Of a DNA stretch of 64,000 nt, positions 1 to 14,000 are shown in pieces. Each line of letters starts with the position of its first letter. Position 1 is the stretch's first letter. Source of the stretch: Octopus sinensis (taxonomy: Eukaryota); contig NC_043005.1 in the NCBI RefSeq assembly GCF_006345805.1, positions 108,996,001-109,060,000 of the forward strand. The letters run 5' to 3'. The notes below the pieces were generated by a model. That model saw only the letters and a program-made list of their open reading frames with translations, was not told where the DNA came from and did not search any database. A program made the position numbers and the translations under genes.

Positions 1-117
1 TTCAGCCGTAGTACTTCTTTAAAACTACTAAGTGAAAGAAACGTGAACGAATCAACATCGATCGTCAAATAGTGGTGGGGCACCAGCTCAAATAGAAAGA
101 CACACTCATATACACAC

Positions 118-157
<40 letters not shown>

Positions 158-320
158 CAGGCTACTCTCAGTTTCCATGTGCCAAATCTACTCACAAGAG
201 ATTTGGACAGTGTGCAGCTATAGTATGAGACACTTGTACTACAAATGTAGAATGTAGTAGGACTGAACCCAGAATCATGTGATTGGGAAGCAAACTTCTT
301 ACTTCACTGCTATGTCTGTG
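1..320 (-). mobile_element. Old, diverged copy of SINE family A (bipartite, central TA/CA microsatellite)
   Basis: 157-320 is a decayed reverse complement of the family A 5' half; 1-115 matches the 3' half; (TA)n lies between. Confidence 0.5.
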
Positions 321-332
321 CACTATATATAT

Positions 333-398
<66 letters not shown>

Positions 399-491
399 CA
401 TATCTAATGTAGGATAACATTTTTCGAAAAATATTCTACCAATGGCCAGCATATTAAAAAATACCTTTAAAGGTTAAATTTATAAACAATT

Positions 492-615
492 TATAAGTAA
501 GGGCAAAAGAAAAATTTCTAATGCCGAAAATAGGCATAACACCAATGGTTATTGACGTTATATCTATTTTCGGCATATTTTGGCATTAGAAATTTTTTCT
601 TTTGCCCTTACTTAT
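492..615. repeat. Imperfect inverted repeat upstream of a Penelope-like remnant
   Basis: tataagtaagggcaaaagaaaaatttctaatgcc (492-525) is the reverse complement of 582-615 with one extra T; inner pair atgccgaaaatag/ctattttcggcat. Confidence 0.8.
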
Positions 616-639
616 ATATATATAATATTTTATAATTAC

Positions 640-1110
640 GAGTATAATTATAATTAGGGTTCAGCAATGATTTGCTTTACCACATACCGAAGTTTAGAAA
701 TAGCAACCAAAGAACCTTAGCTATTTCTTCTACTATAAGACGAGACTCCCGGACAAAACAAAATACTCGAAATAGCCCACACAGACAGAGAGGAAAATAA
801 CGAAATTCACTCGGTATTTGATTACCCATGGACGCATTTCGGAATTAGATCGGTATGAAGAATGTAAAGATCAAACTTCACCCAAACATTTTCCTCTTCA
901 GCACAGGATTCCACGATATTAAATTTGAGGGCACTGGAAAAACTAACATGCCTATCCAATTCAAAACAGTATCAGACAGATCACATTCAACGTCCAGTAC
1001 CGACGAATTCAAAATATACGAATGAGGTTCCTCATCTTCCCTCGCCCATCCACTACATTGTTTAAGTTTACCGAAAAATGGTCCTTTTTCATGTCGAATT
1101 CTACTTGGTA
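640..1110 (+). mobile_element. Possible 5' part of the Penelope-like element
   Basis: Non-microsatellite coding-like tract (…LRALEKLTCLSNSKQYQTDHIQ…) between the inverted repeat and the downstream RT/GIY-YIG remnant; assignment is inference. Confidence 0.25.
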
Positions 1111-1164
1111 GAATTATTAATTACTAGTTAATTAATTAATTTTACCCTTTATTATTATTTAGAG

Positions 1165-1197
<33 letters not shown>

Positions 1198-2089
1198 TTA
1201 TATATATATATATTTATATTTATTTATTTATATATTTATGTATATGTATGTGTGTGTATACATACACACGCACATACATACATACATACATACATACATA
1301 ACATACATACATAGCAACTTCAGATTTATAGTTAGAATTACCCAGAGGCAAAAACTAATATGAAAAAGGAAGTTATGAAAGCCGAAGGATCCTTCAAATG
1401 ACCAGAGATTGAGAGATGTTGTATATGTATGTGCATGTGTGTGTGTGCGCGCGTGTGTTTGTGTGTGTATGTATGCGTGTATCAAATATCTTGTAATGCC
1501 TGGATAACTGTTCTCTGAACAGCAAAAACTTGCCCTGGAATGATGAGAAATACATTCAAGGAGAGATACATGACGCATTTGGCTTCGTTCAGAGGCAAAG
1601 ACAAAAAACACTCGTCAACTTTATACAATATGGTATGGATACTTAAAAAGAGGAATGTAAACAACCCCCCATATAAACTGAAGCATCATAGTGAGGCTAG
1701 AAAATTTAGGGGACTGGCAGCGAATGCAACCTCTGTATCACAGAAAAATTGAATATTATAATCAACAATGACCTTTTAAATATTAGGGAAGAAATATTCT
1801 CCTCTTGCATGCACAAAGAGCAATTCATAGTTCAAAATTTCAAAAATGACTCCCAACCTACTCTGCTACCCTTCAAATATGGGTGGTTTTTTGGATATTG
1901 TCTCTATGCACATTATAGTTTATATGTGCATTAAAGAGATATACCCCCCTGAAGTTATGATGAATTTCTTAAATCTATGAAATGCCATACATAATTATAT
2001 GCACGTGGATGCGCACATACACACACGTACACAAACATATGCACACACATTTTCCTCATGAAATCTCGGACAGAATTTAAAAACGTTTT

Positions 2090-3130
2090 ATCACTGGAAG
2101 ATTAGAATTCATCTTTGTTAATTTAATGGCAATATTTACAAACAAATATCTGAAACCGCGATGGGTACAGAAATCACTCTGACTTACGCAAATTTAAGAG
2201 GTCCAGATACATTGATAATTTAAATCAAAATATGGCTTGGAGTTCCAGAAAAATTTACTAGAAAACTGGAAATGTTATTTAGATGGCTGTCTGATTCTGT
2301 AGACGGACATATTTGATAAAGTTATTGATTTCAAAAACCTAATTAACAGTATTCCAGTTAAGCTATCAAGAAGAATCTGTATAATTGTTTCAAATATTGA
2401 AACTCGCAATAAAGTCTCCCGGAATACAAACAAATACTTAAGAGAAAATACCTATCATTGTTAATAGGCATCAGAATAGAGTGTGCCAAAGCAATAAATA
2501 TTCAAGAATTGTTAAAAATGAAAAGCATTTCAGATACACCCAATACTCTAGCCTTTATTACAACACACAACTCCCAAAACACAGAGGTTTATAACGTTAT
2601 CACTAGAACATCCCACTACTGAGGCAAGTCACAAGAATGAAAGAAAACCTCGATAAACACAAAAATTAAAAGGAAGAGACAGCAAAAATCCTTAGATAAA
2701 GAAACTACTCACTAACGTTAAATTACCTTCCACAAATCCCTCACCAGTAGTCAAAAAGTTTGGCCGCCCTACATGTGGGATTTGCATTAACTTCGATGAA
2801 GATAAGAAATATAAATTCAAATCAGATCAGATTTTACCATAAAAAATCACTTTACCAGTTTGTTAAAAAATTTAATATATGCTATTAAATGTAAAGGATG
2901 TAATGTAGATTATATAGGTCAAACAAAACTCACTCTCAGAAATAGACAACAAATACAGGGCCCCGGTACTAGACAGATCCTACTGAGTGGACACATAGAC
3001 ATATGTGAAAAAATAAGTTTTCCATATTCCAAGTGATTCCACTCTATCTTTGTTCTGTCAATACCACAGACCAAGCCCAGATAACCAAACAAAATATATT
3101 CATAGAAAAGTACAAACTACATTCATGAAC
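2090..3130 (+). mobile_element. Decayed Penelope-like element: RT C-terminal part plus GIY-YIG endonuclease, frameshifted
   Basis: NGNIYKQISETAMGTEITLTYANL from 2125 (PLE RT motif GTAMGTxxAPxYANL); GRPTCGIC near 2762; KNHFTSLLKNLIYAIKCKGCNVDYIGQTKLTLRNR at about 2842-2946; GHIDIC near 2990. Confidence 0.85.
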
Positions 3131-4269
3131 AACTAGTCACACACAAACTCATTCTACTGCTTGATATGTTGAATTCATACAGCTAACAATCTAAGCTTTG
3201 GACATAATTATGACTTTTCTCCGCATGAAACTAGTGCATAAATTTAGCGAAAAACAAAATTTGATACCTGGGTACCACTCTACTACTTGAAAGATTAAAC
3301 TTAGAGAGCCTTGTTTTAGGACTGTCTCTGGACATGTTCACTCAACCATGTCAGCCTTAAGTTTTAGTGCCAAAAATATTACCTAAGTGCCATGCAGTGG
3401 AATTGAGCCAAAAACCTCGTAGTTGAAAAACAAGCTTCTTAACCATATGTGCACACATTTATACATATATACTGCTAGAGAGTAAGAAAGAGATAAACAT
3501 ATATGGATAGATAAAAAGACCAATAAGTATGTGTGGGGGGAGTGAGAGAGAGAGAAATCTATCATATACTTACAAAGATGTGCATGTATATAATGCAGTT
3601 AATAAAAAAATTAGCAGACGAAAATTCAAGACACAAAAATTTATGAACAAATAAACATTCTTTCAAAATACGAACATTCCAGAACAGTTAATTGAAATAA
3701 TTAAATATCTACAAAAAATATTCAATTATTTATGTATAAATCTTAGACATTAGCAAATTTGCATGTTCATATTTTTAATATTTTTATGTATTTATATATA
3801 TATAGGAATTTATTTACATTCGTTTCAGCTTTTTTTTTTGTACATCTTTCAAGGGTATTGTATTTTAAGTAAATTTCTCGTTAGATTTCATAAATATGAT
3901 CGTTTATTTTTTTTCAATTTCAAAATGTGTTATTAAAAGTTCTTTTCACCCATCCATTATAATTTTTGTGCATATTCATTTTAATTATGTATTTTTGTTT
4001 ATAAGTTTTGGCTAATTCATTCAGTACATAAAAATATCTGAAAATATATTTACACACAAACACACACATATATATATATACATACACACATGCATGCATA
4101 CACGCATATATCGTATGATGGTTATGTATATACATGCCTGTGTAGCATATAAGTTAAAAGACATTTTTAACTGTACGTTATAACCTTTTTGCATGCACAC
4201 TTTTACAACTTAAGCATTCATTACACACCCATGTATATATACATATACATACATCTATATAAGTGCATA

Positions 4270-4830
<561 letters not shown>

Positions 4831-6559
4831 TGCTTCTGTCAGTTTTCTTCTATGTGAACTCAAGCATCTATTTGAGCAAATGCAAAATAAAAAAGAATCT
4901 ACATTAAAAGAAATTTTGATTTTGAAACAGCAGAGTAAAATGATAAAAAATATTTAAGTGAAAGAAGTCTAACAAGTTAAAACAAATGCCAACAATTCTT
5001 TTTTCCTTTTTGTGTGTGCATTTATATGTATGTTTGTGGATATAGCTTATTAAAATATATATCTATATTTATTTATTCATTTATTGATTTCAAACCATGG
5101 CTACATATATATATATATGCACATACATATATACATGTGTCTGTGTGTTTGTGCACACGTGTGTGTGTGTGTATATATATATATATATGTATGAAGAGAG
5201 TGAAAAAATATTTTCTCATAAAAATCTCATTTCCCATTGGTGTTAAGAATCTGTCATTTTTCTCAATATAGAAAGCATCAAATTATTCTCATTAATTTAA
5301 TGCAAATACTTCAATAAGTAAAATGTTAAATAAATAAATATTCAAATACACAAATTGATACTTAAATAAATTAGCAAATGTGTATATATATATATATATA
5401 TACACAAGGTAACAAGGATATAAAAGTAATCTCTTTTACGTTTGTAGTGTTCTTATCTTTTATTTTCTCATGTTTTTCACATCAACTTACATTGAAATAT
5501 TTCAATATTTTTTGGTTCAATTTTTTGAGTTGAGAAGATTGTTTTACAGTCTTTTATTGACTGCTCGTTAATGACAATATTTTATGCATTTGTCTATGTA
5601 GCTGTGTGCCTATGCATGTGTGCATATATGTATGTGTGTGTGTGTATAGATAGATATAGATATAGATAAATAGAAAGGCAGATACATACATATATACACA
5701 CACATATGTATATGATTTTAAAAATTCTTTACATGGCTTTGATCTCTTTGAGCTCTTGTTCTTAATCGCCATCATTATTATCATTATCAATATCATTTCT
5801 CTCTTCCTTTTTTCCTTCCCTATACTTTCCTGCTCGCTTTTAAGAAATAATTTTACATTCTCGTTAAGCATTACATCACTCAGTCAATGAATGAATCAAT
5901 CAAAATATTTAGTTCAATTTATGTTTTCTTTGACTTCAACAAACCGAGAGAGAAATTTTGTAAATTAGAAGGAATTGAAAAAAAACCCATTCAGATACCA
6001 ACAAAACGAAGAGCAAAAATTCCTTACAAGATCTGTAAATATAAATGCACACAAATAACAGTTAAAAGAATATTTTATAAATCTTATAAATTTTCAAAGA
6101 ACTATTTATCAATTAGGAGTTAAATATATAATACAAATAATGGCTTACAGTTTTTCTTTCTTCATTTACTTATTTTAAATCATTTGGCTATACACATTTT
6201 TAAAAATCTTTTTCAAAGTTTTTAAAATAACTTATAGGCATGGTTGTGTTATTAAGAAGGAAGTTTCTATAACCCCATAGTTCTTGGTTCCATCCCACTG
6301 GGCAGCAAATTGAGCAAGGGTTCCCTGTTATCCTGCCAGGCTGTTGAATATCTTGTGGTTATAATTTAATGGCTGGAGCAGTTCAGAAATCCAGCATATG
6401 TCTGTTGTCATCATCACCATTATGTTTTTTGTTTTATGTCTGTTTTTCTATAGTAGAATGATAAGAAGGGCATCTAGTTGTAAAAACTGAGCCAAAAAAT
6501 TAAATGCATGCATGTATGTATGTTTGTTTGTCTCTTCAGTTTTTAATTATTTAAATTCT

Positions 6560-6900
6560 TCCTCTGATGAAGAAGCTGGTTTCTAACAAAGATACAGACC
6601 TCCATCTTTGGAATGTAGATACTGAAAACAATATCACAACTGAAAACTGGGAAAGTCTTGAATAGTTTTACTGTTCCACTTACAGATTTTAATGTCAGAT
6701 TCAGTTGGTTGATTTCTTTTTCTGACAACCCAAACTTTTTCACACTGACATGTATGTATGATGGCATTGTTGTCATTTGAACACTTTCGATCAATAAGCT
6801 GGCTGGGTGAGTAGATTAAAGTATTTTCCTTTCGTTGTTTATTAGCATCTGGTCAACCTGGAATCAGTAGACATGATCAAAAGCCTTCCAATCATGATTA
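6560..6900 (-). mobile_element. Possible highly decayed non-LTR retrotransposon RT fragment
   Basis: Minus strand gives DWKAFDHV (RT motif DxxKAFD) followed, after frameshift, by VKKFGLSEKEINQLNLTLKSVSGTVK. Confidence 0.3.
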
Positions 6901-6965
6901 TTCTGCCTTTATATTATATATATACATATATATATGCGTGTGTATATATATATATGTGTGTGTAT

Positions 6966-7000
<35 letters not shown>

Positions 7001-7023
7001 CATACATATATATATATATATGT

Positions 7024-7066
7024 CCACCTGACGAATGTCATTGAAGACATGAAACGATTGTAGTGG
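7024..7066 (+). ncRNA. Type I hammerhead ribozyme, apparently intact
   Basis: ccac CTGACGA atgtc attgaa gacat GAAAC gatt GTA gtgg: stem I ccac/gtgg, full core, 5-bp stem II, minimal stem III, GUA triplet; starts right after a (TA)n run. Confidence 0.85.
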
Positions 7067-7499
7067 CGGTTTATTTCTTTATATTAAAAATTTTTTTGTA
7101 TTGATTAAGTCTTTCCTTGTTTGTTTTGCAAAATAGTGGTTTTGTCTCGAATTAATATTATATAATATTTTACTATAAAATTGGATTTAATCCTAAATCT
7201 GATTTTTTCCCTGTAAATTTGGATTTATTTCCTAATATTTATTATTATATATGTATATATATATCAAGTACTTTATTATACAACAAGTCAATCCTATTAT
7301 TAAAACACTTGTGTGAGCCGAAGGAAATTTGGCTGTCATTTTCTGCAGGTTAAGTGTCTATGCAGAGCTTTCCTCCTTAATTCATAAACATCAGATTACA
7401 GCAGTTATTTAACCCTAAGTCAACTTTGATTAAACATACCTATGATCAAACATATCCCATCCATGACCATCTAGCTCATCTTATGATTTTTTTTCATCC

Positions 7500-7760
7500 T
7501 ATGTAAAACATCATCATCCTCATCATCATTTTACTACTCAATTTTCTATGCTTGCATGTGTCTGACAGAATTCATCAAGGCAGACATTATTTATGGTTAG
7601 ATTCCTTTCCTGTTGCTAACCCTCAGTTGTTTCCAAGTGCTGTAATACTTTCCTATGCTAGATATATTTTCACTGAAGAATGAAAATGAAGGAGACTGTT
7701 TGAACAACAACGATGCTATTTTACAACTATCACTTGATGTCAAGACAAGGAAACACACAG
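7500..7760 (-). mobile_element. Old family C (RTE-tail) fragment
   Basis: (CAT)n tail plus decayed ttttccatgctggcatggg and ttagatgccttcctgttgctaacc-like motifs. Confidence 0.4.
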
Positions 7761-8785
7761 AAACACATATTCACATACACCTATAGACATATCTGCTGAT
7801 TTAAATGCTGGTGAGGAATATGGTGATAAGCATGATGTGTATGTATGTCTGCATGAAATGTGTATAACAAACACAGCGTACATTTTCTCAAGGCTCTTCA
7901 ATCCAATCATCGATTTCCTGTGATTTCATTCAAATCTTTGCACGTCTGAAAAAATCAGTTAGACAATTGAAAACATCAAGTTTACATAGGAATTGTAATT
8001 CCTATGCCATTGCCATCATGAAATTGAAATAACCAAAGGACAAATTCTTGATGGAATTGCGAAACAGGTTTGAATCTTAGAAGAACTTTATAAATGTAGA
8101 TGTTGAGAGAAGCAGAAGAAATTTAATAAAATATTTTTGCATTTGTTTCCATGAGGAAAATTTGCTACAGAACCAGATTGGAAATGTAATGATGCTTTCA
8201 ATAAATAGATATATTTCTGGGTTTAGAGAATATTAAGGTTTTTACAGTTGCCTAATCCCAACTAAATGAAATTTGGAAATGAAATATTGAAGCAAATAAT
8301 ATAACATAAATAATATTTGATAAACTGAAATATAAATAAAGATATTATTTGTACAAAATAAACAAAAACATATAATTAAATGTAAGTTTTAAAAAGAATA
8401 AATGCATAGCTGTCTGAAATAATTAAAAGAATTTTTTTTTTCTTCTAATTAACCATGAATTGTTAAAACATTAAGATCGTTAATATAAAATGAACAAAAT
8501 GATTATTTGGATAGTGTAAGAAAAATGCTTGTCATTTTGCACTAAGAAAAGATTTAGACTTTTAAGACTCATGGTCTAGAAAATAAAACACACTGTAATT
8601 AAGCATACTCTAATTAATTAATGGATTTAAGAAGGCAGAGTTTATGGTATAAAATTGATGTAAGGTTGAGTGATTTTAGCATCTTCACTATTGTTTATAT
8701 TATGATTACATGTCTACTTCACCACTTGGTGAAATTAGGAAGTGTATTCAGTAATAAAACCCCAGATCAAAGATTTCTGATACAG

Positions 8786-8836
8786 GCACAAGATACACAA
8801 TGCTTGCAGTATATTAGTGATTCTTACTTCATCAAA
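8786..8836 (+). CDS. Candidate 51-nt internal exon, product unknown
   Basis: tttctgatacag acceptor, open frame AQDTQCLQYISDSYFIK, consensus donor AAA|gtaagt; no recognisable homology. Confidence 0.2.
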
Positions 8837-9447
8837 GTAAGTCAACTCTGTTAACTCAGAGTGTAAAAGATAAGTAACTAAATACTACACAGCATATATT
8901 ATTCATCAGTCTACTGATTCTGTCATCTAGTTCCCTCAAAGAAAATTATAACACAAGCTGTGTAAATATAGCTAACACCTCTCAGTAAGTGTGCAATCAT
9001 ATGTAAACAACCTTGAACTACAGCAATTAACTTCCACCCACATCAAGCAATACTAGTACTATTTTATAATTTTTACCTCAGGTATCAAATTTCAACCATC
9101 GCTACATAAGTTCTACTATTATCAATTAATTTCTACTACCATTAGCTAATCATTACAACCATTAAAGAATTTGTGTTGATTTTAAATAATAATATCTACC
9201 AATATTTTAATAACCATTAAGCAATTTCTGTTGTTAGACAATCGTTTCTATCCCCATTTACTAAATTCTACCAGTGTTAACTCTATCTCTACTACCATTA
9301 ACCGTTGACTAAATTCTATCATAAACCAATTTTTATTATCACTAAATAATTTCTGCCATCAAATTTATGACCATTAAGTAATATCTTCTTTATAGTTTGT
9401 GAATTTTCAGTCTACTGCTGTCAACACAAGTAAATATATTAAAGATG

Positions 9448-9768
9448 CTAGCAGTATAGCCCAGAGTTGCTCGGGTTTGTTTCAACCCTTTAGAATTGGA
9501 ATTTTTGAAAAGTAAAAATTTTGCATTGTCAAAAAATCGTAAAAAATAGGGATTTTCATAGAAAAAAAGCACCTTTTTGATGTAAATAATTTTTGGTCTT
9601 AACATGGTCTGATTTAAATTTTATTTCTACGGAATGAAGAACAAGCCTTCTTCTATCATACTCTTAATTTTGGTCAACTTGCGCTGCAGGGTCTCGGAGG
9701 AGATAGTGTTAGTTGATGGCTACCAAACCTGCTACACACACAGATAACTTCAGCTTTATATATATAGA
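9448..9768 (+). mobile_element. Helitron/Helentron-like non-autonomous element
   Basis: Starts ctagcagtatagcccagagttgctcggg (hairpin-prone) and ends cttcagctttatatatataga, with no TIR/TSD; architecture recalled for rolling-circle short elements. Confidence 0.45.
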
Positions 9769-10130
9769 ATAGTAGAGATGCTTCAAAGATGGTGAGCTGC
9801 TGTGGGTTGTGTAAAAGAAGTTATACAGAATTTTTGCTGTTGTTGTGTTTTAGCCTCAGATCAGCTCCAGTTCAACAGATCTTATAAGTGAAGGTGTTCC
9901 AGCCATGCCCATGCCATATGATATGCAAATATTCTTCATTGACACTCATTACAAAGACCAAAGGTAAAGTTTGTAAATTGAGTTAAGATTTCATTTTTAC
10001 AAACTGGTGTATACCAAAGGATTACCTATAAAGTCCCTTCTATTCTACATAGGTTCTTGAAGGAATGGCGCTGGGGTTCAGGACTAACACACACTGAAAA
10101 CTTTCTAAAGCTGTAGACTAGATTTTGGGA

Positions 10131-10478
10131 CAGGGGTTCTCAACCATTTTTTATCTATGGACCCTTTTGAAATGATATTTTATTCTGGTGGATTACCATA
10201 ACCATTCGATATTTAAGAACTATTTCTATAGAAGCTTCTTTCAAAATTCCTATTTGTTTTTTTTACACGTTAATTTGTGTCGGTTGAACTATGTAAAAGG
10301 TTAGAGAAAAAACAGCGGTTTCTTGCAATACACATCATTATATACGCCTAAAGCAAAATTTTGTCAGGGGCTCTTAAAATATTATTGTGGTTCCCCAATT
10401 TACTGTTTTGTTACATGGAGCCCCAAAAATCTAATATAGATCCTCAGGGGCCATATGGATACTGCTTGAGAACCGGTG
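10131..10478. mobile_element. hAT (Charlie-like) MITE
   Basis: TIRs caggggttctcaa / ttgagaaccggtg; degenerate 8-bp TSD ttttggga / ttttagaa. Confidence 0.7.
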
Positions 10479-12058
10479 TTTTAGAACAAATAGGATCTAG
10501 GAAAATGCTGCTGAAAAGATTCTAAACTTAAAGAAATGTTCAAGAATTCAATACATCACATTGGACAACAAATCCAAGCACCATCTGAGGAATGGTTTCT
10601 TTCTGCGTATAAAGGAGTATTTGTTAAGAACTCAATACTGTATGTAATGCAAATAACAGGAGTACAAGAGATATTATGAGGTATCTGAAGGGTTGGTAAA
10701 TAATCAGGCCTTCACTTGTGATAGACATACAAGAGGAGCTACCAGGAAGATATTCCAGCTAAGCAAGTTCAATGGATGACTTGACTGTTTCACTAGAAGT
10801 AACACAAATATTGTTATTTAAGTTACCATCCAAAGGCAGAGATGGTTTTAAGGAAACCATTACAGTTTTAGTGTAAGGAGACAAGCTAGATGTACAGTAG
10901 GCAGTATGAAACCACGGTAAGAACTATCATGTGGTAAGGACAATAAATTTTGATCTATAGAAAGGTGAGAGAACTAAGTCAAGTACAACCTGTTGGATAT
11001 GGATTGCTAATTTGTTAGAAAAACTGAGCATTAAAATCCTTAACTTCTGACTGTAGAAGCAGCTGAGTTGGAATGAACAATAGATGACCCCTAAAAAATA
11101 AGTGAAGTTCTGCTATAATTTGCTGCTACTTCTGGAAGGTGCCTGGATTAGTATACAGACCAAAGAAGTTGGGGAGTTTTATTGTTGTTCAGATTTATTT
11201 ACCTTAGGGGTGTCAGATGTGTGCTGACCCAGTTTGAGTTAAACCTCACTATGGCCATTTCTAAGCCATGTCAGCCTGTTAAAACTTAATTTGAAATTAT
11301 GATAATTTTGGTGGTAGTTTAGTTGGGGGGGAGGGGGTAATGGTAATGGTGATGATGGTAATGATGTTGATGGTGGTGGTGGTGGTGGAAGCAGTGGTAA
11401 TAATGTCAACAATCATGACTAAGGCTGGGATATTCATGGTATAGAGTTATGTGTGTATATATGTGCGTAAGACATATATCTACATCATGACCATGAATAT
11501 CAGAACCTCAATCATAACCATCAGCACCACCAACTACACACAGACACACACACACGCACGCACACACATTCACATATACATATACACATATATACATACA
11601 TGCACACATTTACATGCATGCACACACACATATCGATGGATAGATAGATAGATAGAAAGACAGATAGGTGATAGATAGATAGATGGATAGATGGATAGAT
11701 AGATGGATAGATAGATAGATTGGTTGATAGATAGATAGACAGATATATATATACACATACGTGTAAGTATGTGTGTGTATATATTTGTGCAGTTTTATTC
11801 CTTTGTGGGTTTTCAAGAATCAACCAGAAATTTTTCTTCAAAGCACCATCTCCTATCTTCAACAGATCAACAACAAAAACCATAATTTACATTCAACGCA
11901 GTGGTCTTCTTCCTCAATTGCATTATAACTCTATCATCTTCAGATTAACTTTTAATATTTGCATTCTTCATTTTATTTTTATTCATTTTTATTTGTTTTC
12001 ATTTATTTTCTTTTTCTTTTACTTTCTATTCTGGTCTTGTTCTTTTTTTCTTTTCCAG

Positions 12059-12074
12059 AAAACAAGGAATGTAG
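12059..12074 (+). other. Candidate microexon (12 or 16 nt)
   Basis: About 100-nt pyrimidine-rich tract ending ttttccag, then AAAACAAGGAAT|gtaggt or AAAACAAGGAATGTAG|gtatgt. Confidence 0.3.
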
Positions 12075-13174
12075 GTATGTATTCATCAGGATGATTTCTT
12101 CTCTGTGCTTGTTTCAGTGTATATGTGCATGCATTGTTGTTGTTTTCGATGTAGTTTCATTTTTAACATTTTTTTTCATTATTATATTATACATGGTTGC
12201 GTGGTGTGTTTGTCATATTTAAGTAAATGTCGTTGCCAAATCTTTTCGTCTTTTTTTGCATAGTGTTTTATCATACGATGTTATATATTAATCTCATTTC
12301 AATATCTGTCCCTAAGAATTGAATGAATGCTATTTAAAATACAGTTAGCTTTGATACATATCAAAATATGAAGGAGGGGAACCAAGCTAAACATTGTCAT
12401 CATTTTTGTTTGTTTTGTCTGTCATAGTTTCAACACCAACAGGCCACCATACATAAGCACATATGTTTTGGATGGAAAGACACATATTTGTTATTGTAAA
12501 GAGACAAACTGAAGGACATATATATATATGTATATGTATATATATATATACAAATATATGTATATATATATATGTAAATATATAAGTGTATATATTTATG
12601 TATATGTATATGTGTGTATATATATGTGTGTGTGTGTTTATATATACATATGCATATGTATGTGTATATATATATATATTTGCATAAACATACACATATA
12701 CATACTCACAACATACAACATACACATTTAAAGATAGATAGATACTGATATATATATATACACATATATATATATATATATTATATATATATATAATATA
12801 TATATATATATATAAATACACATTTATATATATGTATATATATATATATACATTCATGCATATACATGTGTGTGTGTGTGTTTCATGCCTGTATTTGAGT
12901 GTGTGGGTTGAGATGAGAGAAAAAGAGATAGAAATATCCTGGTGCATGAACATGCTGGTGGTGGTGGTGGTGGTGGGGACTTTGGATATTTTTGGTGTGG
13001 AATTGGGCAACTGGGTTTTCTTGTCTGTGTGTCCTTACTGTTGTTGTTATTATCATTCACAGTTTCTTTTTCTGTTGCTATCATTTTTATTGTTGCTGTT
13101 ATTCTTGTTGTGGCAGTAGCAGTAGCAGTGGGGAGGTAATCAGGCTGAACATTCTTAGTGTGGTATAGTGGCAG

Positions 13175-13207
<33 letters not shown>

Positions 13208-13212
13208 TATAT

Positions 13213-13384
13213 AGGAGCTTCTACAGGACTAGAACTGTTTCATTCAAGAGAAATCTTCAGGAAGCTCTCTTGAATGAAACAGTTCTAGTCCTGTAGAAGC
13301 TCCTTCTATATAATAAATTAATTTTACTCTGCTATGTATTGAGTACCTTATTTACTGTGGTTAACCCCGAATCAACCCGGGACC

Positions 13385-13388
<4 letters not shown>
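13213..13388. mobile_element. Short palindrome-headed HHR element (family X), flanked by (TA)n; Penelope pLTR-like
   Basis: ggagcttctacaggactagaactgtttcattcaagag…ctcttgaatgaaacagttctagtcctgtagaagctcc hairpin plus about 85-nt tail; homologous inverted copy at 14392-14585. Confidence 0.75.
13216..13266 (-). ncRNA. Type I hammerhead ribozyme (family X)
   Basis: Minus strand: agcttc CTGAAGA t ttc tctt gaa t GAAACAG ttctagtc CTGTA gaagct; 6-bp stem I, 4-bp stem III, GUA triplet, weak stem II with U-U at its base. Confidence 0.7.
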
Positions 13389-13419
<31 letters not shown>

Positions 13420-13639
13420 GTGTGTGTGTGTATACATACACGCAGGCTCACATAGCTTGCCCACACATACACACTTACATTCACGCATACACACACCTGC
13501 TTGCACACAATTTGTTCAGCCGGGTCACCTTTATTATCTCCCTTTCACTCAACCACTTTCTTCCAGCCATTTCATCATCTTTAACTGTTAATCCCCACAC
13601 ATTTTTCTCTCTCTCCATTATTTCATACTCTCTCTGTTT

Positions 13640-13785
13640 ATTTTTTTCCTCTCAGTCCTTTCTGCAAAGAACATTGGCTTGAAACATCAAAGACTTTTCC
13701 ATTCTTCTTCAGCATTAAACTAATAAACCTGCTTGTTTTAGACGCTCTTGTCTTCATCTTTGTTTTCTGTAAATTTGTACTATAT
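13640..13785 (+). mobile_element. Short HHR-remnant element (family E) ending in (TA)n
   Basis: 13658-13692: cttt ctgcaaa gaac attg gctt GAAAC atc aaag (decayed core, stem I cttt/aaag kept); homologous to 22700-22860. Confidence 0.55.
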
Positions 13786-13802
13786 ATATATATATATATA
13801 TA

Positions 13803-14000
13803 AAGTTAATCCAAACATGAAAACACAAAAAAACACAACAATGCAAAGACTTGGAAGAAGTATAGTGTTAATGGATGCTTAAGAAAGGAAAGGAAGAAGG
13901 AGGATTAAACGTTTCAAGCGGAACTCTTCATCAGAAACATAGGAAAAGGAAAGATCCAAGGAAGGGTAGACGAAGGAAAAAAATCTCCAACGATACACAT
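13803..14000 (-). mobile_element. Short HHR element (family D), decayed
   Basis: Reverse complement of 22875-23086; HHR 13904-13938 reads gttt CTGATGA a gagt tcc gctt GAAAC gtt taat. Confidence 0.75.

Noticed and set aside
492-615. HHR within this palindrome
   Set aside because: No core motif found on either strand
12854-13150. Pro/Thr/Asn-rich ORF ([20 protein letters not shown]…PPPPPPP) as an exon
   Set aside because: Built on trinucleotide runs, has a weak acceptor and no donor, and runs into (CA)n
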